Origin: an uncultured Dehalococcoidaceae bacterium
Lineage (GTDB): Bacteria; Chloroflexota; Dehalococcoidia; Dehalococcoidales; RBG-16-60-22
Assembly: GCA_964545815.1 (NCBI GenBank)
Contig: CAZJGR010000003.1
Span: 1-57,745 of the forward strand
Direction of reading: 5' to 3'
DNA length: 57,745 nucleotides
The notes below the pieces were generated by a model. It worked only from the letters and a program-made list of their open reading frames with translations, searched no databases and was not told where the DNA came from. The position numbers were made by a program, and so were the translations under genes. Shown piece by piece: positions 45,146 through 54,428 of the stretch (positions are counted from its first letter, which is position 1; each line of letters starts with the position of its first letter).

Positions 45146-45997
45146 TTATGTCCTCCTTCTGATTATAGCGTCGCTCATCCGACAGACACGGACCATCGGC
45201 TTCACGTCATGGACTCGGACGATGTCGGCGCCGTTGGCAATGCCGATGGCCAATGTGGCGGCGGTTCCCTCAAGGCGCTGGTCAGCGGGCAGGTCCAGCA
45301 CCAGACCAATCATTGACTTGCGTGAGCTGCCCAGGAGAATCGGCTTGCCCAGTGTCCTGAGTTCACCCAGCCGGCGAATGATTTCCAGATTCTGTTCCAG
45401 GCTCTTGCCGAAGCCGATTCCGGGGTCAACGATGATATTGTGTGCTGGCACCCCGGTCTCGGTGGCCTGCTGGATAGCCCTCTTCAGGTCGGCAATTATG
45501 GTGGGCATGATGTCAGCCGCCGGCGCTTCACGCTGGTTGCTCATCAGGATTATGGGCACATTGTGTTCGGCGGCCAGCCGTGCCAGCCTGGGGTCGCGCT
45601 GCAATGCCCAGATATCGTTAATCATTGAGGCGCCAGCCTTAAGTGCCCGGCTGGCCACGCTATACTTATAGGTATCAATGCTGATGGGCACCGTTATTTC
45701 ACCGGCCAGCCTTTCTATGGCGGGAATTACCAGCCGCAGTTCCTCATCAATGTCATCTACAGTCTGTGGCTTGGTTCCGGGGCGGGTGGACTCCCCGCCA
45801 ACGTCAATGATGTCGGCCCCTGCCTGCACCATGCGCCGTGCCTGTGCCAGAGTCGCCTCGATATCACTGCCGAGGCCGTCCCCGGAGAACGAGTCTGGAC
45901 TCAGGTTACAGATGCCCATGACATAGGTGCGCTCACCCCAGCGGAACTCGTCCTGGCCGATGCGTGTCGCACTTAGGACTGAACTTCTTGATTTCAA
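45146..45997 (-). CDS. folP: dihydropteroate synthase
   Basis: 283 aa. MGICNLSPDSFSGDG...GADIIDVGGESTRPG...ISIDTYK..VA..AL.AGA.MINDI. Confidence 0.92.
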   Translation of the reverse strand: MKSRSSVLSATRIGQDEFRWGERTYVMGICNLSPDSFSGDGLGSDIEATLAQARRMVQAGADIIDVGGESTRPGTKPQTVDDIDEELRLVIPAIERLAGEITVPISIDTYKYSVASRALKAGASMINDIWALQRDPRLARLAAEHNVPIILMSNQREAPAADIMPTIIADLKRAIQQATETGVPAHNIIVDPGIGFGKSLEQNLEIIRRLGELRTLGKPILLGSSRKSMIGLVLDLPADQRLEGTAATLAIGIANGADIVRVHDVKPMVRVCRMSDAIIRRRT

Positions 45998-46116
45998 ATC
46001 GCTTCTCTGGCCGCTGATTAAAAAATAGAATTTGACTATTATTCTAGCATCTTCTCGGCACTTCGCAAAGTATTTACCATATGGTATTATTTTATTGTGG
46101 TCGGAGGTGACGCAGC

Positions 46117-47661
46117 ATGAAAGAGGAAATGGAGAAGCTGGCCAAACTGGAGGCGGAAATCAAGGCCGGTGGCGGCGAAAAGCGCGTCCAGCAGCAGCAT
46201 GCCTCCGGCAAACTGACGGCGCGGGAACGACTTGACCTTCTTTTCGATAAAGGCACCTTCCACGAGCTAGACTTATTTGTGAAACACCGCTGCACTGACT
46301 TCGGCATGGATAAGCAGTCCATACCGGCCGATGGCGTGGTTACCGGGTACGGCCTGATTGACGGGCGTACCGTTTGTGCCTATGCTCAGGACTTCACCAG
46401 CCGGGGCGGCACACTCGGTGAGATGCATGCCAGGAAGATATGCCGGGTAATGGACCTGGCGATGAAGATGAAGTGCCCCATGATTAGCCTGATTGACAGC
46501 GGTGGGGCGCGCATTCAGGAGGGCGTCAACGCTCTGGATGGCTACGGCAACATTTTCTTCCGCAACGCCTGCGCTTCCGGCGTCATCCCGCAGATATCGG
46601 CCGTTATGGGGCCGGCGGCGGGAGGGGCAGTCTACTCGCCGGCGATGACCGACTTCGTCTTCATGGTGAAGAAGACGAGCTATATGTATATCACCGGCCC
46701 CCAGGTGGTCAAGACCGCTACCAGCGAGGAGATAAGTGATGAGGAGCTGGGTGGGGCCATGACCCACAATGCGAAAAGTGGCGTGGCGCATTTTGCCTGC
46801 GATAATGACCGGCAGTGCCTTGAGCAGATGAAACGGTTGCTCAGCTACCTGCCATCGAACTGTGAAGAGAAGCCAGTTGACATAACGACTAAAGATAAAC
46901 CAGACCGGGCGGACCCGGCGCTTGATGATATCATACCGCCGGAAGCGAGCAAGGTTTATGATATGAAGGCGGTCATCCGTGCCATTGTGGATGATGGCGA
47001 GTTCTGTGAGCCTTCCCGGCATTATGCCCTGAATATTATCACCAGCTTTGCCCGTCTGAATGGTCATGTTACCGGCATCATTGCCAACCAGCCGAGCTGT
47101 CTGGCGGGATGCCTGGACATCAATGCCTCGGACAAGGCGACCCGCTTTATCCGCTTCTGTGATGCCTTCAATATTCCATTGTTGACCATTGTTGATGTCC
47201 CGGGGTATCTGCCCGGGAGCCATCAGGAGTGGGGAGGCATCATCCGGCACGGTGCCAAGATGCTGTGGAGTTACTCCGAGGCCACCGTTCCCAAGATAAC
47301 CCTGATTATGCGGAAGGCGTACGGCGGGTCATATCTGGCTATGTGTGCCCAGAGCCTTGGTGCTGACTATACGCTGGCCTGGCCCAAGGCGGAAATCGCG
47401 GTGATGGGGGCAGAGGGTGCCGCGGCCATTATCCACCGGCAGGAAATCAAGGAAGCCGCTGACCCCGCCGCCAAGGAGAAAGAAAAGATAGAGGAATACC
47501 GCCAGCACTTCTATAACCCGTTTGTTGCGGCCAGCATGGGCTATATCAATGCCGTTATCCGACCACGTGATACTCGCCTCGAGATAATCGCGGCATTTGA
47601 AGCACTGCGCAGTAAGAAGGAGACCCGCCCGCCCCGAAAACACGGCAATATACCAATGTAG
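46117..47661 (+). CDS. acyl-CoA carboxylase carboxyltransferase subunit (propionyl-CoA carboxylase beta / methylmalonyl-CoA carboxyltransferase 12S-like)
   Basis: 514 aa. ..QQHASGKLTARERLDLLFD.GTF.E.D.....R...FGM.....P.DGVVTG.G.I.GR......QDFT..GG.LGE.HA.KI and a full carboxyl_trans domain. Confidence 0.9.
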   Translation: MKEEMEKLAKLEAEIKAGGGEKRVQQQHASGKLTARERLDLLFDKGTFHELDLFVKHRCTDFGMDKQSIPADGVVTGYGLIDGRTVCAYAQDFTSRGGTLGEMHARKICRVMDLAMKMKCPMISLIDSGGARIQEGVNALDGYGNIFFRNACASGVIPQISAVMGPAAGGAVYSPAMTDFVFMVKKTSYMYITGPQVVKTATSEEISDEELGGAMTHNAKSGVAHFACDNDRQCLEQMKRLLSYLPSNCEEKPVDITTKDKPDRADPALDDIIPPEASKVYDMKAVIRAIVDDGEFCEPSRHYALNIITSFARLNGHVTGIIANQPSCLAGCLDINASDKATRFIRFCDAFNIPLLTIVDVPGYLPGSHQEWGGIIRHGAKMLWSYSEATVPKITLIMRKAYGGSYLAMCAQSLGADYTLAWPKAEIAVMGAEGAAAIIHRQEIKEAADPAAKEKEKIEEYRQHFYNPFVAASMGYINAVIRPRDTRLEIIAAFEALRSKKETRPPRKHGNIPM

Positions 47662-47689
47662 CTTGGCTACCTTAACACCGAAGGCATCA

Positions 47690-48580
47690 ATGATGGGGAT
47701 GAGCGGGAAGGGAGTGAGGCTGATAACCACGAAAATCAGGGAAATAAAGGCTAAAGATATCGCCGATACAGTTGCTCAGCTCTGCCAGCGGGCCAATCTT
47801 GAGCTTGATGAGGACGTCCTGGCGGCACTGAAGCAGGCGCAGCCGCGTGAGGAGTCACCTCTGGGCAAAGAGATACTGCACCAGCTCGTGGAAAATGCCC
47901 GCATTGCTGAGGATAAAAATCTGCCTCTGTGTCAGGACTGTGGCAGCGCCGTGATTTTCCTTGAGGTGGGACAGGACGTGCACGTGGTCGGTGGGGAGCT
48001 TGAGGTGGCGGTGGGGGAAGGTGTCAGACAGGGCTACACGCAGGGGTACCTGCGCAAGTCCATGGTCAGCCAGCCGTTTTCCAAGAGAAAAAACACCGGG
48101 GACAATACCCCGCCGATAATTCATACCGAGATTGTGCCCGGGGACCACATCAGGATTGTCTGCCTGCCCAAGGGAGCCGGCTCCGAGAATATGAGCCGTC
48201 TGGCCATGCTGCGGCCGGGCGATGGTCGGGAGGGCATTATTGATTTCGTCGTCAGGGCAGTCGATGAGGCCGGGGCCAGCCCCTGCCCGCCGTTGATTAT
48301 TGGGCTGGGCATTGGTGCCACCTCGGAAGGGGCCATGCTGCTGGCCAAGAAGGCGCTGTTACGCCCCATCGGCCAGCCCAATACCGACCCGGAAATTGCC
48401 GCGCTGGAGAACGAACTTCTATCCCGCATCAATGACCTGGGGCTCGGGCCCATGGGTGTGGGCGGCAGCACGACGGCACTGGCGGTACATGCCGAGGCCA
48501 GGCCAACACATATTGCCTGCCTCCCGGTCGCCATAAACTTTCAATGTCACTGCTCACGGCACAAGGAGGCCAGACTGTAA
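47690..48580 (+). CDS. Fe-S type hydro-lyase alpha subunit (class I fumarate hydratase / L-tartrate dehydratase family)
   Basis: ..LCQDCGSAVIFLEVGQDVHV.. and ..GIGATSEGAMLLAKKAL are the family pattern. The track start at 47597 overlaps the preceding gene, so I prefer the ATG cluster at 47690-47701. Confidence 0.82.
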   Translation: MMGMSGKGVRLITTKIREIKAKDIADTVAQLCQRANLELDEDVLAALKQAQPREESPLGKEILHQLVENARIAEDKNLPLCQDCGSAVIFLEVGQDVHVVGGELEVAVGEGVRQGYTQGYLRKSMVSQPFSKRKNTGDNTPPIIHTEIVPGDHIRIVCLPKGAGSENMSRLAMLRPGDGREGIIDFVVRAVDEAGASPCPPLIIGLGIGATSEGAMLLAKKALLRPIGQPNTDPEIAALENELLSRINDLGLGPMGVGGSTTALAVHAEARPTHIACLPVAINFQCHCSRHKEARL

Positions 48581-49141
48581 ATGGAAGCAGTGCCTATAAC
48601 CATGCCTCTAGACCCTAAAACGATTAAAGAACTGACTGCGGGCACATCGGTGCTGATTTCCGGGACGCTCTACACGGCGCGTGACGCTGCCCACAAAAGA
48701 CTCGTAGAGGCGTTAAAAAATCGAGAAGGGCTTCCCTTTGTCTTGAAGGGGCAGACCATCTATTACACCGGGCCTTCGCCGGCGAGGCCGGGCCGCATCA
48801 TTGGTTCCGCGGGCCCCACCACCAGCGGTCGCATGGACATCTATACGCCCCGCCTGCTGGCGGCCGGTATGAAGGCGATGATTGGCAAAGGCGGCCGCTC
48901 CGTGGAAGTCAGGGAAGCGCTGCAGAAATACCGGGCGATTTACTTCATTGCCACCGGCGGGGCCGGTGCCCTGCTCGCCCAGTCGATTAAGAAGGCAGAG
49001 GTCGTGGCCTATGATGACCTTGGCCCGGAGGCAATCAGGAGGTTAACCGTGGAGGATTTCCCGGCCATTGTCGCCGATGATATTTATGGGAATGACCTGT
49101 TTGAGCAGGGCAAAGCCAGATACCGGAAGGAGAAGGGTTAG
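48581..49141 (+). CDS. Fe-S type hydro-lyase beta subunit (class I fumarate hydratase / tartrate dehydratase)
   Basis: 186 aa. ..ISGTLYTARDAAHKRL......G.PSPA.....GS.GPTTS.RMD......L..G....IGKG. Confidence 0.85.
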   Translation: MEAVPITMPLDPKTIKELTAGTSVLISGTLYTARDAAHKRLVEALKNREGLPFVLKGQTIYYTGPSPARPGRIIGSAGPTTSGRMDIYTPRLLAAGMKAMIGKGGRSVEVREALQKYRAIYFIATGGAGALLAQSIKKAEVVAYDDLGPEAIRRLTVEDFPAIVADDIYGNDLFEQGKARYRKEKG

Positions 49142-49145
49142 CCCA

Positions 49146-49487
49146 ATGGAATGTATTTTCTGCCGGATTGTGGCCGGCGAGCTTCCCAGCGATACGCTGT
49201 ACCAGGATGATGAGGTGATGGCCTTCCGGGATATCAACCCTCTGGCACCAACCCATGTGCTGATAATACCAAAGCGGCACATCGCTTCTCTGGCTGATTT
49301 AAGTGACGACGAAACACGGATTATCGGACACATGGCCAGGGTGGCCAATAAGCTTGCCCGACAGGAAGGTGTGGCCAGGAAGGGCTACCGGCTTGTGGTC
49401 AGCAGTGGCAAGGATGGAGGGCAGGTGGTTCCCCACCTCCACATGCACCTTCTGGCCGGGAAAAGGCTATCGGACCGGCTGTGCTAG
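49146..49487 (+). CDS. HIT family nucleotide hydrolase/transferase
   Basis: MECIFCRIVAGELPSDTLYQDDEVMAFRDINPLAPTHVLIIPKRH...GGQVVPHLHMHLLAG carries the histidine triad HxHxHxx. I chose the ATG at 49146 rather than the track start at 49068, which overlaps the preceding gene. Confidence 0.9.
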   Translation: MECIFCRIVAGELPSDTLYQDDEVMAFRDINPLAPTHVLIIPKRHIASLADLSDDETRIIGHMARVANKLARQEGVARKGYRLVVSSGKDGGQVVPHLHMHLLAGKRLSDRLC

Positions 49488-50044
49488 CCAGCCTTTTTCT
49501 TTGCCTTTCGGTATTCCAGGTAGGTAAGTAATCCGGCAATGCTCTTGGCATCGCAGATGCGTCCGGAGGCTATCAGGTCGGGTATTTTCTCAAGTGGCAC
49601 CCGGACAATGTTGATTTCCTCGGTATCTTCGGCGATTAACTGGCTCGGCACCAGTTCCGTGGCCAGGTAAAGGTAAAGGTACTCGCTGCAGTAGCCCGGT
49701 GCCGAATAGAAGCCACCCAGCCTCTGCACCTTTCGGGGCAGGTAGCCGATTTCTTCCCGCAGCTCGCGGCTGACCGCCTCTTCCGGGCCTTCACCGGGGT
49801 CAATGCCGCCTGCCGGAATCTCCAGCAGCTCATTCTCCACCGCCTTGCGGAACTGTTTCACCAGCAGCACATTATTATTCTCGTCAATGACGACGACGGC
49901 AATGCAGTCGCTGTGCTCCACGATTTCTCTGGTTGTCTGCCGGCCGTTGCTCATCTGGACAGAATCCACCCTGAGCTTTACCGCCCGGCCATCGTAAATC
50001 AACTGGCTGGAAAGCGTCTCTTCCACTGAAAGGCAACCTCTCAT
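49484..50044 (-). CDS. NUDIX hydrolase (ADP-ribose pyrophosphatase-like)
   Basis: 186 aa. The Nudix box is AGGIDPGEGPEEAVSRELREEIGY. The N-terminal ..YDGRAVKLRVDSV...GR...REIVEH is as in NudF. Confidence 0.88.
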   Translation of the reverse strand: MRGCLSVEETLSSQLIYDGRAVKLRVDSVQMSNGRQTTREIVEHSDCIAVVVIDENNNVLLVKQFRKAVENELLEIPAGGIDPGEGPEEAVSRELREEIGYLPRKVQRLGGFYSAPGYCSEYLYLYLATELVPSQLIAEDTEEINIVRVPLEKIPDLIASGRICDAKSIAGLLTYLEYRKAKKKAG

Positions 50045-50500
50045 TTAAAAATGACGGACCAGGGCTACCTCACCGCAGTCGGGGAATTTGGGGCACCGGA
50101 AGCACTCGGTCCAGACCTTGCGCGGCAGCTCCATCTTGTCGATGCGGCTGAGGCCGAACTTTTCAAAGAAGGCGGGCTGATAGGTCAGGCAAAAAACGGT
50201 GGGGATGCCCAGCGACCCCGCTTCCTTCAGGCAGGCTTCAACGAGCCTGGTACCAATGCCCTGCCTCTGGTATTCTTTGGCCACGGCGACGGACTTGATT
50301 TCCGACAGGTCCGACCATATGATGTGCAGTGCCGCACAGGCAAGCACACGCTCGTCCTGGCGGTAAACGAAATAGTCCCGAATGTTTTCGTATATCTCAC
50401 TCAGCGGACGGGGCAGCATCTCGTCTCTGCTGGCAAAGTGGTTTATCAGTTGATGGATTTGGGGTACGTCCTGGATTTTGGCTTTTTCTATTGTGCTCAA
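50045..50500 (-). CDS. GNAT family N-acetyltransferase
   Basis: 151 aa. ..IKSVAVAKEYQRQGIGTRLVEACLKEA.. is acetyl-CoA-binding motif A. Confidence 0.82.
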   Translation of the reverse strand: MSTIEKAKIQDVPQIHQLINHFASRDEMLPRPLSEIYENIRDYFVYRQDERVLACAALHIIWSDLSEIKSVAVAKEYQRQGIGTRLVEACLKEAGSLGIPTVFCLTYQPAFFEKFGLSRIDKMELPRKVWTECFRCPKFPDCGEVALVRHF

Positions 50501-50501
50501 T

Positions 50502-51332
50502 TTACCGTTTTCCTTTCAGTTTTTGTTCCAGCGAGCGGTAGAAGGCGTCTTCGGGCTGGATGCGCAGAAACCGTATCCGGTATGGACTTTGTTTTACCGT
50601 GATGGCCGCCCCATCAGGAAGAGGTGTATTGATGTGTCCATCAATGCTGAGTGTTGCCGGCGGTGCTGCTGTGACCACTAACTGAACCGATGTTTCTGCC
50701 GGCAGTACCAGTGCATAGGCTGGACTGAGGTGGGGCGTAATTGGTACCAGTAGATAATCCTTGGCTTGCGGGTACAGAATGGGCCCCCCGGCGGCCAGTG
50801 AGTAACCGGTGCTGCCTGTGGCCGTCGCCACAATCACTCCGTCCGCTTTATAGTCGGCAAGGTGATTCCCGTCGATGCTGATGGCCACGCGAACCAGGCG
50901 GGCAATGGCGCCCCTCGCCACCACCACGTCATTCAGGGCATGATAGGTGCTGGTCTTCTGACCAGAGGCGGAAAGCTCGGCCTGAAGCATAGTCCTTTCA
51001 TCAATCCATCCCTCCCCGGAAACCAGGGAGAGCAATTTGTCTGAAGCCTCATCGGCGCCAAGTTCGGTCATGAACCCCAGTTTGCCCAGATTTATGCCGA
51101 TTATCGGAATCATGCGCGGGACTACGGCCTGCGCCGAGCGCAGAATGGTGCCGTCGCCGCCAACGCTTAAAATAACGTCGGTATCGTTCAGCCGTGCCCT
51201 GGTGGCTTCACTTTCCCAGGCGGAGCCGAGCCAGGCAGTGATGCCGTGAGAAGCGAGGAAATCCTGCAACTGCTTCGCCTTGGTCTGGGTGGCTTCAATT
51301 AAAGGGTGATAGAAAATACCAACGTTTTTCAC
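50502..51332 (-). CDS. nadK: NAD(+) kinase
   Basis: ..VILSVGGDGTILR..., INLGKLGFMTE and ATATGSTGYSLAAGGPI are NadK motifs. I prefer the GTG at 51332 (276 aa). The ATG at 51440 is an alternative. The 380-aa track ORF would run across the divergent nusB gene. Confidence 0.85.
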   Translation of the reverse strand: MKNVGIFYHPLIEATQTKAKQLQDFLASHGITAWLGSAWESEATRARLNDTDVILSVGGDGTILRSAQAVVPRMIPIIGINLGKLGFMTELGADEASDKLLSLVSGEGWIDERTMLQAELSASGQKTSTYHALNDVVVARGAIARLVRVAISIDGNHLADYKADGVIVATATGSTGYSLAAGGPILYPQAKDYLLVPITPHLSPAYALVLPAETSVQLVVTAAPPATLSIDGHINTPLPDGAAITVKQSPYRIRFLRIQPEDAFYRSLEQKLKGKR

Positions 51333-51439
51333 CGGTTGACCTGCTATGCTTGTTAAAACCAACGACCACGGGAAGGGAACAAGGGAAGTGTAGCAAGTAT
51401 CGCCTTCGGGTGTCAAGGTAGAGAACATGCGGGTATACA

Positions 51440-51448
51440 TGATATAAT
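51440..51448 (+). promoter_or_regulatory. candidate extended -10 element (TGaTATAAT) for nusB
   Basis: TGATATAAT at 51440-51448, about 25 nt upstream of the nusB ATG, which is preceded by a GGGAG RBS. Confidence 0.35.
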
Positions 51449-51473
51449 GTTTGTTCAAGTTCGGGAGCAAGCC

Positions 51474-51884
51474 ATGACCGGGCCAAGACGGAAAGCGAGA
51501 GCTATTGCCCTGCAGGCAATGTATGAAATCGATACCACGCGACATGAGGCGGAGGAGGTACTGGGCCGACTTCTGGCTGAGGGAGACCTGTCCGAAGATA
51601 ATAATGCCTTTGTTCGCCAGCTGGTGGGCCAGGCGGTGCAGCACCGGGAGGAGATTGACCGTAAAATTCAGCGGTTTGCGCCGGCCTGGCCCGTAAGGCA
51701 GCTCTCGGTCATTGACCGGAACATCCTCCGACTTGCAATCTCTGAAATTTTGTTTGATAATAGAGTAACAATTAAGGTAGCCATCAATGAAGCCGTGGAA
51801 CTGGCTAAAAAGTTCGGTGGCGAAAGTTCATCAAAGTTTGTCAATGGCGTGCTGGGTTCAGTCAGTGCGCTTGCCGAAAGATGA
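51474..51884 (+). CDS. nusB: transcription antitermination factor NusB
   Basis: [20 protein letters not shown]...[15 protein letters not shown]....[15 protein letters not shown]......FVNGVL. I prefer the ATG at 51474 over the track start at 51447. Confidence 0.9.
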   Translation: MTGPRRKARAIALQAMYEIDTTRHEAEEVLGRLLAEGDLSEDNNAFVRQLVGQAVQHREEIDRKIQRFAPAWPVRQLSVIDRNILRLAISEILFDNRVTIKVAINEAVELAKKFGGESSSKFVNGVLGSVSALAER

Positions 51885-51909
51885 TAGGTTTCCGGAAAGG
51901 GGGTAAAAC

Positions 51910-52170
51910 GTGCCGACCATTTATGAACGGATAAAACCCATAGTTGTGGAACAACTTGGTGTCGAAGAAGCAAACGTAAAACCTACTGCGAGCTTTGTGG
52001 AAGACCTGGGAGCCGATTCTCTTGACCTGGTAGAACTGATAATGTCACTGGAAGAGGAATTCAGCACTCCGGCGAAGAAGGTTGAGATACCGGATGAGGA
52101 TGCGGAAAAGATAGTCACCATTCAGGACGCGGTTGATTACATTAAGGACCTGGGAATAGAAGACAGTTAA
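51910..52170 (+). CDS. acpP: acyl carrier protein
   Basis: 86 aa. ..[23 protein letters not shown].. carries the phosphopantetheine Ser motif DSLD. GTG start. Confidence 0.9.
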   Translation: MPTIYERIKPIVVEQLGVEEANVKPTASFVEDLGADSLDLVELIMSLEEEFSTPAKKVEIPDEDAEKIVTIQDAVDYIKDLGIEDS

Positions 52171-52197
52171 GTTTTAATTCGCGTTTTAAATAATATA

Positions 52198-52223
52198 AGC
52201 TCGGCACGAACCCGTGCCGAGCT
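52198..52223. terminator. hairpin between convergent acpP and AOR genes (likely bidirectional terminator)
   Basis: AGCTCGGCACG-aacc-CGTGCCGAGCT is a perfect 11-bp stem with AT-rich flanks on both sides. Confidence 0.6.
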
Positions 52224-52259
52224 ATTAATATAACTATTTCAGCCGTGGAGCCGGCTGGT

Positions 52260-54128
52260 CTAGCTCCCTTTGCTGGCATCCTCCACGGCGAAGTCCAGCC
52301 CCAGTTCGAGCAGCTTTTTCTTGGTCGGGTTGCCGGTCTTCAGGTCCCAGCCCCGATAGGCGTAGTAATCGTCCTTCAATCGCTCAAGGGTCTCCTTGGG
52401 GATGTAGCTTCCCTTCATCGGTCCTTCCGGTATCGGCTCTTCCATGAAGCGGGCGGGCAGCTGGTCATCTCTGCGGGTGAACCCCTCTCTGGCGGTAAAG
52501 CAGCGGATCATGTTCCACTCCCTTTCCGCAATCTTCCTGGCCCCTGTGTAGTCAAGCTCCCATCCCGTAACCGCATTCAGGGCATTTATCATGCTAGCGC
52601 TGATTTTAAGCGGTCCCCAGATTGGCTCGGCCAGGTGGCATACCAGCATGGAGTCGCCAAGTATCAGCCAGTGATTGACTTCCGCTGCCAGCGCCCCTTT
52701 CCCCTCAAGTGTCCTGCGGTCGACCAGTCCGCTCCTCTCGGCAGTGGGTCGGATGTCATGGTGGCTGCCGCCTCTTGGCCCGGTGGCATAGCCGACGGCG
52801 GCGGCAGGGAAGGGACGACAGGTATGGCCCGGCCACTCCAGCCCCTTGTTCTGGATGGCAAAGCGGCTGGTATCCTTGCCCACGATTTTCGATGCTTCCC
52901 TTGTTCCCTTGGCCAGCAGCGCTCCCAGCCCTTCCCTTTTGCCGATTTTTTCAATCATCTGGAGCATGCCATCGGCATTTCCGAACCGTAAGTCAATGCC
53001 ACCGGTGTCTTTTTTGTTGAAAATCCCTTTCTCGTAGCACTCCATAGCCCAGCCAATGCTCACTCCGGTCGAGATGAGGTCGATTCCATAATGGTCGCAG
53101 AGCTCGTCTGCCTTGCAGAGCACCTCGATGTTGTCCACCTCACAGATGCTGCCAAAGGCGTAAATCGTCTCATAGTCAGCACCGTTGATGATTGATTTAT
53201 ACGGACCCTTTGGCACCACGCTGTACTTGGTGCAGTTAATGGAACAGGCGAAACAGGCGCGGTCGCCCTTGACCACCTGCTTCCTCATCGCCTCGCCGGT
53301 GATATTTTTCATCCCCTTAAAAGTCTCGGTCTGCCAGTTTCTGGTAGGCAGGGTGCCGCCTTCATTCATGGCGGCCACATTGCGTGGTGTGCCGTACCCG
53401 GAGAGGCCCTGTACCGCCGGGGTGGTGGCAAAGAGCTCATTGATTCTGACGGCAGTGTTGTAGACCCTGAGCATATTGGGCACGGTAATGCCTCCGGTGC
53501 CTCTGACGGCGATGGCCTTGAGGTTTTTCGAGCCCATCACCGACCCCAGCCCGCCGCGGCCGGCCGCCCGGATGTCGCAGAGAATCATGGCGTAGGGTGC
53601 CTTCTCCTCACCGGCCAGCCCGATGGTGGCGATGTGAATTTCCTCATCGCCAATCTCACTGCGCAGGATTTCCTCGGCCGTGAACGGGTCTTTACCCCAG
53701 AGGTGGCGGGCATCTCTGATTTCAACCCGGTCATCGTCAATCCAGATATAGGAGGGCTTGTCTGCCCGGCCTTCAATTATCAGGCCATCGTAGCCGGCGA
53801 ACTTGAGCTCAGGCCCCAGAAAGCCGCCGAAGATGCTGTGGTAAAACGATTTGGTGTACGGTGACTTGGCGCAGAAAGAGGAGCGTGAAGCCGCCGGAAT
53901 CATCGTGCCATTAACCGGGCCGGTCATCATGACCAGCTTATTCTCCGGCCCCAGAGGGTCGATTTTGGGCGGGAGCTCTTCGTAGAGGATTCTGGCCGAT
54001 AGTCCGACGCCACCAACGAAATCCCTGGCCCAGTCTTCACTGAGGTCTTCCTTGGCAATGCGTTTCTTACTGAGATTGACCCTGAGTAGCTGTCCGATAT
54101 ATCCGCCGTAGGGAAAGCCTTTCGCCAT
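52260..54128 (-). CDS. aldehyde:ferredoxin oxidoreductase family (tungstopterin) enzyme, second copy
   Basis: 622 aa. ..GYIGQLLRVNLSKKRIAKEDLSEDWARDFVGGVGLSARILYEE.. and AOR domains throughout. Paralogous to 40938-42776. Confidence 0.9.
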   Translation of the reverse strand: MAKGFPYGGYIGQLLRVNLSKKRIAKEDLSEDWARDFVGGVGLSARILYEELPPKIDPLGPENKLVMMTGPVNGTMIPAASRSSFCAKSPYTKSFYHSIFGGFLGPELKFAGYDGLIIEGRADKPSYIWIDDDRVEIRDARHLWGKDPFTAEEILRSEIGDEEIHIATIGLAGEEKAPYAMILCDIRAAGRGGLGSVMGSKNLKAIAVRGTGGITVPNMLRVYNTAVRINELFATTPAVQGLSGYGTPRNVAAMNEGGTLPTRNWQTETFKGMKNITGEAMRKQVVKGDRACFACSINCTKYSVVPKGPYKSIINGADYETIYAFGSICEVDNIEVLCKADELCDHYGIDLISTGVSIGWAMECYEKGIFNKKDTGGIDLRFGNADGMLQMIEKIGKREGLGALLAKGTREASKIVGKDTSRFAIQNKGLEWPGHTCRPFPAAAVGYATGPRGGSHHDIRPTAERSGLVDRRTLEGKGALAAEVNHWLILGDSMLVCHLAEPIWGPLKISASMINALNAVTGWELDYTGARKIAEREWNMIRCFTAREGFTRRDDQLPARFMEEPIPEGPMKGSYIPKETLERLKDDYYAYRGWDLKTGNPTKKKLLELGLDFAVEDASKGS

Positions 54129-54130
54129 GA

Positions 54131-54418
54131 TTAACCTCCTCCTATGGGAAAGATGATGGCGATTTCATCGCCGTCTTTGATTTTATGGTCCATATCAGAC
54201 GTGGACCTGATGATGGACTCGTTTAATTTGATGAGGAAGTGGGCCATTTCACCGGTATTCGGGTCCCAGATTTTCTCCTTGAAAGGCCGGCCGTACCGGT
54301 GCACCAGTTCCTGGAAGAGCCCGCCTACCGTTTCCGGTTTGTTGACGTCGATTTCAATTATCTCCGCCCCGAGCACGTCCCGGATTACGGAGAAGCTTTT
54401 TACCTTCACTCTGGCCAC
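54131..54418 (-). CDS. MoaD/ThiS-like ubiquitin-fold protein with C-terminal Gly-Gly
   Basis: 95 aa. MARVKVKSFSVIRDVLG... ending DGDEIAIIFPIGGG. Located directly upstream of the second AOR gene. Confidence 0.75.
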   Translation of the reverse strand: MARVKVKSFSVIRDVLGAEIIEIDVNKPETVGGLFQELVHRYGRPFKEKIWDPNTGEMAHFLIKLNESIIRSTSDMDHKIKDGDEIAIIFPIGGG

Positions 54419-54428
54419 TTCTAACCGC

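Noticed and set aside
46273-47250. 325-aa reverse-strand ORF inside the carboxyltransferase gene. Similar long antisense ORFs occur at 41340-42245, 25275-26249, 52245-52991, 13713-14432 and 36818-37384.
   Set aside because: All of them are antisense to genes with clear family signatures, and none has a recognisable domain. They are an expected by-product of a stop-codon-poor, GC-rich antisense frame.
47597-47689. Upstream start for the fumarase alpha subunit, overlapping the carboxyltransferase 3' end by 65 nt.
   Set aside because: The overlapping segment (MKHCAVRRRPARPENTAIYQ..) is just the alternative frame of the pccB-like C-terminus. The family-like sequence begins after the ATG cluster at 47690-47701.
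51333-51644. Long N-terminal extension of nadK (the 380-aa version in the ORF track).
   Set aside because: The extension would run antisense through the nusB promoter and the first third of nusB, and it has no similarity to NadK. The conserved NadK core begins right after the GTG at 51332.
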